DNA of 64,000 nucleotides from Candidatus Hydrogenedentota bacterium (GCA_034669905.1 JAXMOL010000034.1:1-64000), one strand, 5' to 3'; numbered from the stretch's first letter, positions 17,932 through 28,193 are shown. The notes: a model not told the origin generated them from the letters alone. Numbers and translations: made by a program.

Positions 17932-19476
17932 GTGAAGGTTTGCATACTCGCCATTGCCAACCCCCTCCACTGGGTCGGTCCCTATGTGCGGGCATTTCGG
18001 CGGGTCGCGGATGTGCTCACCGTGGGGCCCCCCTTCGGCATGGAGTTTCTGAACGGCCTCGGCCTTCCCGGGCGCACGGATCTGCTCTGCCCCAATGACA
18101 TAGAGACGCCCCTGGGCCGCGACGTTGACCTGGCCGCCTTGCTTCCCGAGGGATGGCGCCCTGATTTAATCGTGGCTATCTCCAATTTCGGTCGGTCGCT
18201 GAGTCCTCAGATGAATGGGTTGGATTGCCCCAAGGTATACCTCAGTATCGACACCTGGCAGAGTCCCCTGGATTTCCTGGATGCCCTGCACTATGACTAT
18301 GTGTTTGCGGCACAGCGGGTATTCGTGCCGCACCTGGAGGCCACAGGCTCGCGGAATGTGCATTGGTTGCCCCTCGCCTGTGACCCGGAACTGCACCACC
18401 CCACTGGCGCGGAGTCGACGGCGGACATTTCGTTTGCCGGGGCCATTGCGCCATCTATCCACGACGAGCGCACCCGTTTGCTCGGAGTCCTTGGGGAGCG
18501 CTTTACAATTCACAGGGCCTCCAATGTCTACGGAGAAGACTATTGTGCAGCCATTGGTGCGGGGGTATTGACGTTTAACCATGCGGCCGTGAATGACCTC
18601 AACATGCGAATTTTCGAGGCGCCGGCCATGGGGGTGCCGCTGCTGACAAACCGTGCCAGTGATCGAAATGGGCTGTCGGAGCTGTTTACCCATCAGGAGC
18701 ACCTGCTGATCTACGACAACGACGTGCAGTTGCTGGCGTTCGCCACGGAGTATCTCGCGGATCCCCAGGCTGCCCGTGCCCTCGCGGAAAGGGCTCGGCG
18801 GGAGGTGCTGGCCCGCCACACCTATGACCACCGGGTGGCCGAAATTCTGGCGCGGGTTTCCGAAGGATTTCAGGGTTTTCCCGGAACGCTGCCGACTCCA
18901 TCCGGAGGAGACGGTGTGTGGGGCCAATACATTCCGCGGGATTCTCGCCGGATACTGGACATGGGGATGGGACTCTCGGAGGAATTGGCAGGATTTCGTC
19001 AGCGTGGATTGACGTATTGCGTAGGGTGTGCGCCGCAGGATAACTCCGGGCAAGGCGCCTGGGATGACTATAAGGCGTGGTCCCCTCAGGACGAGACGCC
19101 GGTGGAGGTAGACACGGTGGTGATCTCCCGAATGAGTGCCTTTGACGAGGAGCCTGACACCATCTTCAGTCGCGCCTTGCACCACCTTTGTGCCGGTGGA
19201 TTTCTCGTCATTCGTTTGTCGGAAGTGGAGTGGCAGAACCTGGTGCCCGACAATGATACCGCCCGTTTGGTGCAACAATTTCTCGCCATGGATGGTCACC
19301 TCCGCAATATTTACCTGGACGTCCTTCCCGGCCCCCGTCCCTCTCAGGTATATACCCTGTGTGTCCGTAAGCGAAGACGCCCCCTGCTGGATGTCGTTGA
19401 AGAGGGGCTTTCTACCATTCCGGTTGCCTACAATGATGCATTGGACTGGGTTCGGAAGTTGGCGCCCAATCAGTAG
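17932..19476 (+). CDS. CgeB-like glycosyltransferase with C-terminal methyltransferase-like domain
   Basis: WLPLACDP, DLNMRIFEAPAMG, HTYDHR; C-terminal RRILDMGMG. Confidence 0.75.
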   Translation: MKVCILAIANPLHWVGPYVRAFRRVADVLTVGPPFGMEFLNGLGLPGRTDLLCPNDIETPLGRDVDLAALLPEGWRPDLIVAISNFGRSLSPQMNGLDCPKVYLSIDTWQSPLDFLDALHYDYVFAAQRVFVPHLEATGSRNVHWLPLACDPELHHPTGAESTADISFAGAIAPSIHDERTRLLGVLGERFTIHRASNVYGEDYCAAIGAGVLTFNHAAVNDLNMRIFEAPAMGVPLLTNRASDRNGLSELFTHQEHLLIYDNDVQLLAFATEYLADPQAARALAERARREVLARHTYDHRVAEILARVSEGFQGFPGTLPTPSGGDGVWGQYIPRDSRRILDMGMGLSEELAGFRQRGLTYCVGCAPQDNSGQGAWDDYKAWSPQDETPVEVDTVVISRMSAFDEEPDTIFSRALHHLCAGGFLVIRLSEVEWQNLVPDNDTARLVQQFLAMDGHLRNIYLDVLPGPRPSQVYTLCVRKRRRPLLDVVEEGLSTIPVAYNDALDWVRKLAPNQ

Positions 19477-19628
19477 GGCGCGTGCCCGTGCTCGTCGGTG
19501 TCAAGGGCTGTTTTCGTTGGGGAGGTGTCGGGGATGTTTCAATTGAAACGTTGGTACCTTCACCGCGAACGACTTCAAATCACTTCGGCGACATGTTATG
19601 ATGCATCCATCAAATAAGGAGCATCATT

Positions 19629-20660
19629 TTGGGTCTCGGTAATTCGGATCGGGTTGGTGATTTCGACGCCCTCTACCGTAGAAATATGCAGCTGATAAGA
19701 CAGGTGGATCACCTCTCTACGTTGCGTGAGATCAGTCTTGCTATTACCGAAACCCTCGAGCTCCACGAGGCCCTTCCCATTATCGCCAATGTGGTTCAGG
19801 GTTCCCTGGATGTGCGGCGACTGACCCTGTACGAATTGAGCAAGGACGGTAAGTCCCTGCATCCGCTGGTCGCCCGTTACGGGAAAGATCTGATTACGCG
19901 AGAACGTCTTGTTGAAGATACCCTGCCCGCCGGAGGGGCCCGATTCGAAAAAGCGCTGCAGGAGCGGGTAGTGACCTTGCACTACCAGGCGGGCCATGCA
20001 GAGGCCATTATTCCACTGGTCGCGAAGAATGAACCCCTCGGTCTCCTGGTCCTGGAAGCCCCCGAAGATGGTGAGGCCTTTCACGATGAAGATCGGGACC
20101 TTTTTCGGCAGTTGGGTTCCCAGATCGCGGTGGCCATTCACAATGCGAATCTCTATGCACTCGCGGTGACCGATGGCCTGACCGGGCTCTTTGTTCGGCG
20201 ATATTTTGATCTGCGCCTGGAAGAAGAGTTTGCCGCCGCCCGCCGTTACAATCGGAAATTCTCCGTGTTGCTCTTTGACATTGATCACTTCAAGAAATTC
20301 AATGATACCCACGGCCATCAGACTGGCGATATGGTCTTACAGCAATTTTCCCGGCTACTGGAGCAGCACACGCGGGATGCGGACATCTGTTGCCGTTATG
20401 GCGGCGAGGAAATGACGGTTATCCTTCCGGAAACAGCCTTGCCGGAAGCCGCGTTGCTGGCGAATAAGCTCTGTCGTCAGATACGTCGTCATCGCTTCTC
20501 GGGAGCAACTGGTCAGAAACTGTCTGTCACGAGTAGTATTGGCGTGGCAGAATATACGCGCACCCGGCAGGGTCCGGGCGAAATTGTTGAGGCAGCGGAT
20601 AAGGCCCTGTATCGTGCCAAAGCGTCAGGGCGGGACCGCGTAGAACTGGATGGGATGTAG
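19629..20660 (+). CDS. GAF-domain diguanylate cyclase
   Basis: GAF region; DGLTGL, DIDHFKKFNDTHGH, RYGGEEM, ADKALYRAK. Confidence 0.92.
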   Translation: MGLGNSDRVGDFDALYRRNMQLIRQVDHLSTLREISLAITETLELHEALPIIANVVQGSLDVRRLTLYELSKDGKSLHPLVARYGKDLITRERLVEDTLPAGGARFEKALQERVVTLHYQAGHAEAIIPLVAKNEPLGLLVLEAPEDGEAFHDEDRDLFRQLGSQIAVAIHNANLYALAVTDGLTGLFVRRYFDLRLEEEFAAARRYNRKFSVLLFDIDHFKKFNDTHGHQTGDMVLQQFSRLLEQHTRDADICCRYGGEEMTVILPETALPEAALLANKLCRQIRRHRFSGATGQKLSVTSSIGVAEYTRTRQGPGEIVEAADKALYRAKASGRDRVELDGM

Positions 20661-20664
20661 CATC

Positions 20665-21069
20665 ATGTCCTACACCGTGAAGGTCAAAAGAGGGAAATGG
20701 GTCGTGTTGCAGGGGGGGCTAACCCTCGTCGCACTGGTCGTTGTCACGGGGTGCTCACAAGAACCGGCACCGCCGCCCCCACCCCCGGCGACGGCTCCCG
20801 CCGTGCCGGTGCCGCCACCCCGCCCCCTGGTGACCCAGGCACAGTTCGATAAACTGCTCTACGACATGCCCTACGCCGATGTCGTCGAGTTTCTGGGGAT
20901 GGAGCCCTCGCGCCAGGAATCGACCTACAACGAAGGGGTAGATGGCTATACGCGCCCTTCCCTGATTGCCTGGTATATCTGGGAAAACCCCGACGGCTCT
21001 TTCATGCGACTCGGGTTCACCAAGAAACTCCTGACAGACAAGCAGAGCGAAAATTTGCCCGCTGGCTAG
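20665..21069 (+). CDS. Hypothetical lipoprotein
   Basis: Lipobox VTGC, Pro-rich linker, small globular domain. Confidence 0.7.
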   Translation: MSYTVKVKRGKWVVLQGGLTLVALVVVTGCSQEPAPPPPPPATAPAVPVPPPRPLVTQAQFDKLLYDMPYADVVEFLGMEPSRQESTYNEGVDGYTRPSLIAWYIWENPDGSFMRLGFTKKLLTDKQSENLPAG

Positions 21070-21650
21070 CGCTCTTTCTGCGTTTGTTTCCGTTGGTGGT
21101 TGCGTGTGTACCGCACCAGTTGTTCTGCGCATTTGTGGAGCAGTTCGGTCAGGTCTTCGTCGAGGCAGTTTCCGGCATCGTCCAGTTTCGTGTGGGCTTC
21201 CGCCACCGACACCGGGTAAGGCAGTACAATAGCGCCTAAATGGGAACTTACGCTACGCAGGTGTTCCAGAGACTTTATGGCGCCAAGACGCCCTGCCGCG
21301 ATACCGAGCAAGGAAACGGGTTTCCCTTCCATGATGGAAGGGTAGCCCATGTTGTCGATGAGTACTTTCAACACACTGCTGTAGCTGCCGTGGTACTCGG
21401 GCGTTGAAAGAATGAATCCGTCCGCATCTTTTGCCCGGGCCATGAGGGCATCCTGTAAGGGAATCGATGCCTCCTCTCCCGGGAATGCCAATTGGAAATC
21501 GCAGGGATCGATACAATCGACGGTGACGTCGGGATAGGCGCGCAGTACGTCCATCAACAAATCGAGGAAGCGCCGTGTGTAACCATCGCGCCGGACACTG
21601 CCGGCGACGGCCACAAGGTGAATCTTGGGGACTGGTATTGTTTCGGTCAT
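21066..21650 (-). CDS. NADPH-dependent FMN reductase
   Basis: GSVR, STPEYHGS, LKVLID, GKPV; GGAGA RBS before ATG 21650. Confidence 0.9.
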   Translation of the reverse strand: MTETIPVPKIHLVAVAGSVRRDGYTRRFLDLLMDVLRAYPDVTVDCIDPCDFQLAFPGEEASIPLQDALMARAKDADGFILSTPEYHGSYSSVLKVLIDNMGYPSIMEGKPVSLLGIAAGRLGAIKSLEHLRSVSSHLGAIVLPYPVSVAEAHTKLDDAGNCLDEDLTELLHKCAEQLVRYTRNHQRKQTQKER

Positions 21651-21805
21651 TGGGTCTCCACTCAGGTCGGAGCTTGGGGCCATCGCCCCGGGGGCTTGCA
21701 CTTGGATACCGCATTCTGCCAGCATACCGCGTGCCAATTCCACCTGAAGGGCTTGGTCTTCCCCCCACCGCTGCAACGTTCCGATGACAATAAAGGAGTT
21801 CATTC

Positions 21806-22651
21806 ATGAGATTGCTGGCTATACTGACGCTGCTGGCCGTGGCCTTACTCAATTCTGCCGCCTATGCCCTTGATGTGACGGTGATGTCGTTCAATATTCG
21901 TTATGGCACCGCAGATGACGGGGCTGATTCCTGGCCCCATCGCCGCGAGATGGTCGTGGAAACCATACGGGAGGCCGCCCCCGACGTGGTAGGCCTTCAG
22001 GAGTGCCTTGATTTTCAGGCGGACTATATCGTGGAAAACCTGGCGGGCTACGCCTGGTTTGGATTGGGGCGTGAAGCCGATGGAACGGGTGAGATGACGG
22101 CCATCGTCTATCGCACGGACCGATTGCTCCCGATTGCGACCAATCACTACTGGCTTTCCGAAAGCCCGGAAATCCCAGGGTCCAAGTCCTGGGACTCGAG
22201 CCTGACCCGAATTGTATCGCGGGTTGCCTTTTTTCATGTGACAGAGAAGAAGCGTTTTGTTTTCTACAATACTCATTTCGACCACCGTGGCAAAGTAGCG
22301 CGCCAGGAAAGTGCCCGACTCCTGGTGACGTACATGAAAAACGAGTCCCTCCCGGTGGTGCTTACGGGGGATTTCAACGCCCAGGGGGGCACCAGTGCGC
22401 CGTGGCAAATCTTGATGGACGGCGGTTTTCTGGATGCCTGGGAGGCCGCCGATGTGCAGAAGGGGCCGTCCAACACGTGGAACGGATTCAAGATGCCGGC
22501 CCGGGGCGCGGAGAGACGCATTGACTGGATCGTGGTTTCTCCGGGGGTGACGGTGTCCTCCTGCACGACCCTTGATCACCACCAAGAGGGCCGTTACCCC
22601 TCCGACCACTTTCCGGTCGTCGCGCACCTGCGCCTGCCGCCCAGCCCCTGA
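21806..22651 (+). CDS. Secreted endonuclease/exonuclease/phosphatase family protein
   Basis: Signal peptide; SFNIR, GLQE, NTHFD, GDFN, IDWI, PSDHFPV. Confidence 0.92.
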   Translation: MRLLAILTLLAVALLNSAAYALDVTVMSFNIRYGTADDGADSWPHRREMVVETIREAAPDVVGLQECLDFQADYIVENLAGYAWFGLGREADGTGEMTAIVYRTDRLLPIATNHYWLSESPEIPGSKSWDSSLTRIVSRVAFFHVTEKKRFVFYNTHFDHRGKVARQESARLLVTYMKNESLPVVLTGDFNAQGGTSAPWQILMDGGFLDAWEAADVQKGPSNTWNGFKMPARGAERRIDWIVVSPGVTVSSCTTLDHHQEGRYPSDHFPVVAHLRLPPSP

Positions 22652-23043
22652 GTCGTTCGGGGCGTGCCCCTACCCCTCGAATGGAAATGGGAAAATGCCT
22701 TCCTCCCTCTCGCCGTGGATCGTAGCCACTACGATTCACGGCTTTTTTTTGGAAAATTGGGGCGCAAGGTGGCTTGATCCCTCGGGATTTTCGGGACTTT
22801 AGGTCTTCGGTAACGTCGGCAAGACGTGAGAGATTGTGTGTCAAAATACGGGGTATTCCGGTTGAATTTGCTCGCAGATTTGCAGATTCTATCCCCAGAT
22901 TTTCCACAGTCGGCCGATTTTTTCGCTTCGTTTAGGCATGTTGTAAGTGGTTGTAATTCGGTGGCTTGGGGAAGATATGACACAAATGTAAATTTTTTGT
23001 CATGCCTAAAAGTAGAAAAAATTGCACTTTTTTATTTTTTTTC

Positions 23044-23072
23044 TTGACGGGAGGATAGATTCATGGTATAAG
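23044..23072 (+). promoter_or_regulatory. sigma70 promoter with extended -10 and AT-rich UP-like element
   Basis: TTGACG-17-TATAGC with TG at -15/-14; A/T tracts at 23008-23042. Confidence 0.75.
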
Positions 23073-23134
23073 CCGGGCAAGATTGAACGCGAAAACGAGT
23101 CATTAAACTCTCTCGAAAGGAGGTGATTGCTACT

Positions 23135-23272
23135 ATGAAACAATGCACGTTATGTAATGAGCACATTGAAGATGTCGACTTCGAATTTGGAGAAGCCGTT
23201 GACCTTGAAGGTGAGTGCTGGCATGCCGAGTGTTACTACGAATATTTCGGCGAGGTACTGGAAACGGTATAA
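23135..23272 (+). CDS. 45-aa zinc-finger mini-protein (LIM-like half domain), absent from the ORF track
   Basis: AAGGAGGTGA RBS; MKQCTLCNEHIEDVDFEFGEAVDLEGECWHAECYYEYFGEVLETV; C-x2-C-x22-H-x2-C. Confidence 0.85.
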   Translation: MKQCTLCNEHIEDVDFEFGEAVDLEGECWHAECYYEYFGEVLETV

Positions 23273-23300
23273 GTCGGCACATAGTATGGTCGTTTAGGTG

Positions 23301-23338
23301 CCTCGGAGGGGTATTGAATTCCCGTCCGAGGTTTTTTT
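23301..23338 (+). terminator. Rho-independent terminator
   Basis: cctcggaggg...cccgtccgagg followed by TTTTTTT. Confidence 0.75.
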
Positions 23339-23590
23339 ATATTCCGGGGGAAACGCAGCGGGTGCTCCCCGTCGGCGCGGTGGCCCTTCGCCCTGCCCAT
23401 TGGTTTTGGTGAACAGGCTTGTTCAGAGCATGCCGTGATTGTTAGACTCATAACAGGATGTGGTAGTGCATCCCCACCGCGTGCTGGATATGTTGAGCCT
23501 ATCCATTTCGTAAGCGAAGTTAATCAATGAATCGACAGAAGGTGGCCTCTGGGTCGCCTCCCTGTTTACCCTCGTCGGGATTTAGATATC

Positions 23591-24646
23591 GTGCAACTTA
23601 AACGTTCCAAAAAAACTGCTGACGTCGTTCTCCCCTTTGAACGCCCTCTTGTTGATATAGAAGAACAAATCGCCGCGGCCGAAACGGACGAAGCCCGTTC
23701 CGAGTTGATGGCCCAACGGGATGCCCAACGGGAGGCGATCTTCGCGAATATCTCCCCGTGGGAACGTGTTCTCCTTGCCCGCCACCCCCAGCGTCCCCGA
23801 ATGCGTGCCTTCGTTGAACACGTATTCGACGATTTCGTGGAGCTCCACGGTGACCGCGCCCTGGGTGACGATCCCGCGATGGTGACCGGTATTGCCCGTT
23901 TTCGTGGCCAGACGGTCTTCGTTGTAGGGCAGCAAAAGGGTGTCGACACCGATGAGAAGGTCCGGTGTAATTTCGGCATGGCCCATCCGGAAGGCTATCG
24001 AAAAGCACTGCGCATCTATCGCATGGCCGAGCGTCTTGGCCATCCCATTATCACCATCGTGGATACGCCTGCGGCCCACCCCGGCATTGATGCCGAGGCG
24101 CACGGTCAGGGCTACGCCATCGCCTACAACCTGCTGGAAGCGTTCAAAATCAATACGCCCATTCTCTCCATCATCCTCAGCGAAGGGGGAAGTGGCGGCG
24201 CGTTGGCGATTGCTGTCGGAGACCGCATCGCCATGTTTGAGAATGCCGTGTATGTGATTTGCCCACCCGAACGGTGCGCTGAAATCCTGTGGCGTGATGT
24301 GGAAAAGAAAGAAATGGCCGCCTCTGCCCTGCGGGTCTCTGCGGCTGACCTCAAGGAATTGGGGGTCATTGACAGCATCCTCAAGGAACCCAATGGCGGC
24401 GCCCACCGCGATTTGGATGGTGCCGCAGCCTCTATGGCGTCGGAGATTGCCGACTTTCTGGATCAGGCAGCCCAGGGCGCTTGGAAGTTGTCCGACCGTC
24501 AGGCCCGGTTTCAACGGATGGGTCAATGGCTCGAGTCCGCGCCGGAATTGCCTGCGGAAGAATCGGATGGACCCGCCGATACGGATGCCGACGGGGCCGA
24601 ACCGGCCACCGAGGGGGATGCCGAAACCGCGAACGTCGCGGAGTAG
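23591..24646 (+). CDS. accA: Acetyl-CoA carboxylase carboxyltransferase alpha subunit
   Basis: ARHPQRP, ELHGDR, NFGMAHPEGYRKA, EGGSGGA. Confidence 0.95.
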   Translation: MQLKRSKKTADVVLPFERPLVDIEEQIAAAETDEARSELMAQRDAQREAIFANISPWERVLLARHPQRPRMRAFVEHVFDDFVELHGDRALGDDPAMVTGIARFRGQTVFVVGQQKGVDTDEKVRCNFGMAHPEGYRKALRIYRMAERLGHPIITIVDTPAAHPGIDAEAHGQGYAIAYNLLEAFKINTPILSIILSEGGSGGALAIAVGDRIAMFENAVYVICPPERCAEILWRDVEKKEMAASALRVSAADLKELGVIDSILKEPNGGAHRDLDGAAASMASEIADFLDQAAQGAWKLSDRQARFQRMGQWLESAPELPAEESDGPADTDADGAEPATEGDAETANVAE

Positions 24647-24648
24647 GG

Positions 24649-24957
24649 GTGAGTTCCCCCCCACTCGAATCCGTTCCCGACGGGGTGCTCCTGCGGGTGC
24701 GGGTCCAGCCCAAGGCCTCGCGCGACAGTGTCGTGGTCGAAGAGGGGGGACGTGTGAGGGTAGCGTTGACGGCGCCGCCGGTAGACGGCGCGGCCAACAC
24801 GGCACTGATACGTTTCATGGCCCGCCATCTGGGCATAAAGCGTCGCCAGGTGAGTTTGAAATCCGGCGAGCGTAGCCGCGACAAATCGCTCCTTCTGAGC
24901 GAGTGTTCGGTAGTGCAGGTCGCCACGCGCCTCAAGATAGACCTGGCGCAGAAGTGA
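24649..24957 (+). CDS. DUF167/YggU family protein
   Basis: VRVQPKASR, TAPPVDGAAN, SGERSRDK. Confidence 0.88.
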   Translation: MSSPPLESVPDGVLLRVRVQPKASRDSVVVEEGGRVRVALTAPPVDGAANTALIRFMARHLGIKRRQVSLKSGERSRDKSLLLSECSVVQVATRLKIDLAQK

Positions 24958-25039
24958 AGATGCTTTACAATCCCGACCAATGGGGTTGCGCCGTTTGAAA
25001 CGAGGCATAAATCTGTAAAACTGTGAGAGGGTTCACGCA

Positions 25040-25879
25040 TTGTTACATGATCAGGTTTCTGAAGCCGCCGCCTATATCCGCGCTCAGGCATCCCTGGAGC
25101 CCCGGGTGGCCGTCGTATTGGGGACCGGACTCGGCGCCTTCGTTGAGCGGCTCACCGAGAGCACACGGTTGTCCTACGAGGGTATCCCCCACTTTCCGGC
25201 GGCCACCGTCGACTCCCATGCAGGGGAATTGGTCCTGGGCATGCTCGGCGACGTGCCCATCGTAGCCCTTTCCGGACGATTTCACTACTACGAGGGCTAT
25301 AGTCTGCAGGAAGTCACCTTTCCGGTTCGGGTGGCCAAGGCGCTGGGCGTCGATACCCTGGTGGTCTCGAATGCCGCGGGTGGACTGAATCCCCAATTCA
25401 AGGCCGGTGACCTGATGTTGATTGCCGACCACATCAACTTTATCGGCGACAATCCCCTGATTGGGCCCAACGACGATGCCCTTGGTCCCCGTTTTCCCGA
25501 CATGTGTGAGCCCTATTCGGAAGCGCTATTGCGTCTGACCGAAGAAAAAGCCCTCGCCATGGGTATTAAGACACAGCGTGGCGTTTATCTCGCGTGCAGT
25601 GGTCCCTGTCTGGAGACCCGGGCGGAATACCGGATGATGCGTCACATCGGCGCCGACGCGGTGGGTATGAGTACGGTGCCCGAAGTCATTGTGGCCGTCC
25701 ATGCGGGCTTACGGGTGCTCGGCTTTTCCATTATCACGGATGAGTGTTTTCCCGATGCATTGGAACCCGTCAATATTGAAAAGATTGTCGCGACGGCCAA
25801 TGGTGCCGAGCCGGTGCTGAGTGCCTTGGTGGACGGGGTGTTGCAGGCCCTGCCGCCGGTACCGGGAACGTCCGCATAG
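25040..25879 (+). CDS. punA: Purine-nucleoside phosphorylase (trimeric type)
   Basis: VLGTGLG, GRFHYYEG, SNAAGG, GPRFPDM, ETRAE, VGMSTVPE. Confidence 0.95.
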   Translation: MLHDQVSEAAAYIRAQASLEPRVAVVLGTGLGAFVERLTESTRLSYEGIPHFPAATVDSHAGELVLGMLGDVPIVALSGRFHYYEGYSLQEVTFPVRVAKALGVDTLVVSNAAGGLNPQFKAGDLMLIADHINFIGDNPLIGPNDDALGPRFPDMCEPYSEALLRLTEEKALAMGIKTQRGVYLACSGPCLETRAEYRMMRHIGADAVGMSTVPEVIVAVHAGLRVLGFSIITDECFPDALEPVNIEKIVATANGAEPVLSALVDGVLQALPPVPGTSA

Positions 25880-25987
25880 CGAAATTGCCCCCGTTGTGTT
25901 AGACTTTTTCTCAGCGGCATTTGGGTACGTGGCAAGTTACGGGCTCCCGGGGGGCCGTGTGTGCGCATGATTAGGAGTTAGAGAGCA

Positions 25988-27028
25988 TTGATGTCGGAAA
26001 AACTTATTCGATCCATATTCGTCTTTTCATGCCTGATAATGGGCGTGATCTGGGGCGGCTTTGCCCATGAAGTAGCCAATCCGGAGGGGACGGCGAGCAG
26101 TCCTCTGCCGTGGTACGTCATTGGGGGATTCATCGGGGGAGCTTCTGGCTTTTCGGTGGCCCTCCTGTTGCGTTTTATCACCCAGGAAGTCTACGAAAAA
26201 CTGGCGCCTGCGCTGGTGGCCATCGTCATCGGTATTCTTTTCGGCTATGCGATTGCCAACTGGCTGCTGCTCTGGGTTCCCGGTGCCAGTTACAATTTCA
26301 AACTCTATGTCATCGTTACCTTTGTGCTGGTGTTCGGCTTCATGGGTATCTTTCTCGGGCTTAAGTTTGGCTCGGCATGGCAGGCCCTCCTCTCTGCGGT
26401 GGAGCGAAACAAGGCCGGGGTAAACACCCTGAAGCTGGTGGACACGAGCGTAATTATCGATGGCCGGATTTCCGATATCTGTGAAAGCGGTTTTATCGAG
26501 GGTACGCTCCTGGTGCCCCGCTTTGTCTTGCTGGAACTCCAACACATCGCCGATTCCTCCGACGTGCTTCGCCGTGCGAAGGGCCGCCGTGGACTTGATA
26601 TTCTCAAGGAACTGCAGCGGGAATCGTCCAAGGTGCTGGTCGAGGTTATCGAAGACGACCCCCAGGAAGTCCGCGAAGTTGACAGCAAATTGGTTCGTCT
26701 GGCCCAGAAATTTGGTGCCAAGATCCTCACCAATGATTTCAATCTCAACAAGGTTGCGCAGATCGAAGGCATTGTCGTGCTTAACATCAATGACCTCGCC
26801 AATGCCCTGAAGCCGGCAGTCCTTCCCGATGAACAGATGGAAGTGAAGATCATCAAGGAAGGCAAAGAGGCCAGTCAGGGCGTCGGCTATCTTGATGACG
26901 GCACCATGGTGGTCGTTGATGGCGGCCGGGTGCATATGGGCAAGATGGTGCAAGTGGTGGTGACCAGTGTGTTGCAAACCGCCGCCGGGCGCATGATCTT
27001 TACCCGATTTGACAACGTCTTGTCGTGA
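25988..27028 (+). CDS. Membrane PIN/TRAM domain protein (YacL-like)
   Basis: Four TM segments, DTSVIIDGRI, GRRGLD, TNDFNL, GYLDDGTMVVV. Confidence 0.93.
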   Translation: MMSEKLIRSIFVFSCLIMGVIWGGFAHEVANPEGTASSPLPWYVIGGFIGGASGFSVALLLRFITQEVYEKLAPALVAIVIGILFGYAIANWLLLWVPGASYNFKLYVIVTFVLVFGFMGIFLGLKFGSAWQALLSAVERNKAGVNTLKLVDTSVIIDGRISDICESGFIEGTLLVPRFVLLELQHIADSSDVLRRAKGRRGLDILKELQRESSKVLVEVIEDDPQEVREVDSKLVRLAQKFGAKILTNDFNLNKVAQIEGIVVLNINDLANALKPAVLPDEQMEVKIIKEGKEASQGVGYLDDGTMVVVDGGRVHMGKMVQVVVTSVLQTAAGRMIFTRFDNVLS

Positions 27029-27720
27029 CACGTCAGGTCATCATACCGGCCGGTGGTATGGGGCAACGGTTGGGCGAATCACTTCCCAAGGCGTTGGTGC
27101 CGCTCTGTGGCGTTCCCCTGCTGCTTCGAACCTTGTCCGCCTTTCACCCCCTTGGTCTCGCTAAAACGGCGGTGGTGACCGTGCCTGCAGGGCACGAGTC
27201 CCCCATTGTTACCCTGCTCGAAGCCGCCTTTCCCGGCAACCAGATCACGCTGGTGCCTGGCGGCGTGGAGCGCCAGGACTCCGTGCGGAATGCGCTGGCG
27301 GCGTTGCGATCGGATACGGCGCTGGTGGCCATCCACGATGCCGCGCGGCCATTTGTGAGCGCTGCGGTGGTGGAGGCATCCTTCGAGGCCGCGGCTACCC
27401 ATGGAGCCGCAACGGTAGCCGTTCCTGCCATCGACACGATCTTGGTGGGCGACGGCGAAGGCTTTCTGTCCGATACCCCGGACCGGAGCACGGTCTGGTG
27501 TTGCCAGACGCCCCAGACCTTTCAGGTGGCGGTTATCCGAGCAGCCCACGATACGGCCCGGAAAAAATCGTTCCAGGGGACCGATGATGCCACACTGGTA
27601 CGGCGTTGTGGGCACCCCGTGAAACTGGTTCCCGGCGATTTCACCAACCTGAAGGTAACTACCCCCACCGACATGACCATTGCAGAAACCTTTATAGAAA
27701 AGAAGCTGGTATGCGTATAG
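27025..27720 (+). CDS. ispD: 2-C-methyl-D-erythritol 4-phosphate cytidylyltransferase
   Basis: PAGGMGQR, GGVERQDSV, IHDAARP, QTPQ, TDDA, KVTTPTD. Confidence 0.95.
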   Translation: MTRQVIIPAGGMGQRLGESLPKALVPLCGVPLLLRTLSAFHPLGLAKTAVVTVPAGHESPIVTLLEAAFPGNQITLVPGGVERQDSVRNALAALRSDTALVAIHDAARPFVSAAVVEASFEAAATHGAATVAVPAIDTILVGDGEGFLSDTPDRSTVWCCQTPQTFQVAVIRAAHDTARKKSFQGTDDATLVRRCGHPVKLVPGDFTNLKVTTPTDMTIAETFIEKKLVCV

Positions 27721-28193
27721 GCCAAGGCTATGACTTGCATCGGTTGGAAGCCGGTTATCCCCTGATATTGGGCGGCATCACGGTGCCCCACGACAAGGGG
27801 ATGGTGGGGCATTCCGATGCCGATGTGTTGTCCCATGCGATTACCGATGCCCTTCTGGGGGCGGTGGCCCTGGGGAATATTGGACAGCTCTTCCCGGATA
27901 CGGATCCGGCCTACAAGGGGGCTGACAGTCTCGTGCTCCTGAAAGAGGCCTGGCGGCGTGTCCAATCCACGGGGTACGCCATCGTCAATATCGACAGTAC
28001 CATCGTGGCCCAGCAGCCCAAGCTGAATCCCTATATCGATACGATTCGCCTGCGATTGGCTGAGACCCTGGAGATCGCGGTGGAACAGATTTCGGTCAAG
28101 GCCAAGACCAATGAAAAGGTCGGGCCCGAAGGCCGGGAAGAAGCCATCAGTGTGCAGGCCGTGGTGCTCCTGCAGGAATCACCGTTGCCCTGA
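27711..28193 (+). CDS. ispF: 2-C-methyl-D-erythritol 2,4-cyclodiphosphate synthase
   Basis: MRIGQGYDLH, GHSDADV, KAKTNE. Confidence 0.96.
   Translation: MRIGQGYDLHRLEAGYPLILGGITVPHDKGMVGHSDADVLSHAITDALLGAVALGNIGQLFPDTDPAYKGADSLVLLKEAWRRVQSTGYAIVNIDSTIVAQQPKLNPYIDTIRLRLAETLEIAVEQISVKAKTNEKVGPEGREEAISVQAVVLLQESPLP

Noticed and set aside
25988..27028. PIN domain as a toxin-antitoxin toxin
   Set aside because: Membrane PIN/TRAM gene in the known yacL-ispD-ispF arrangement; no antitoxin
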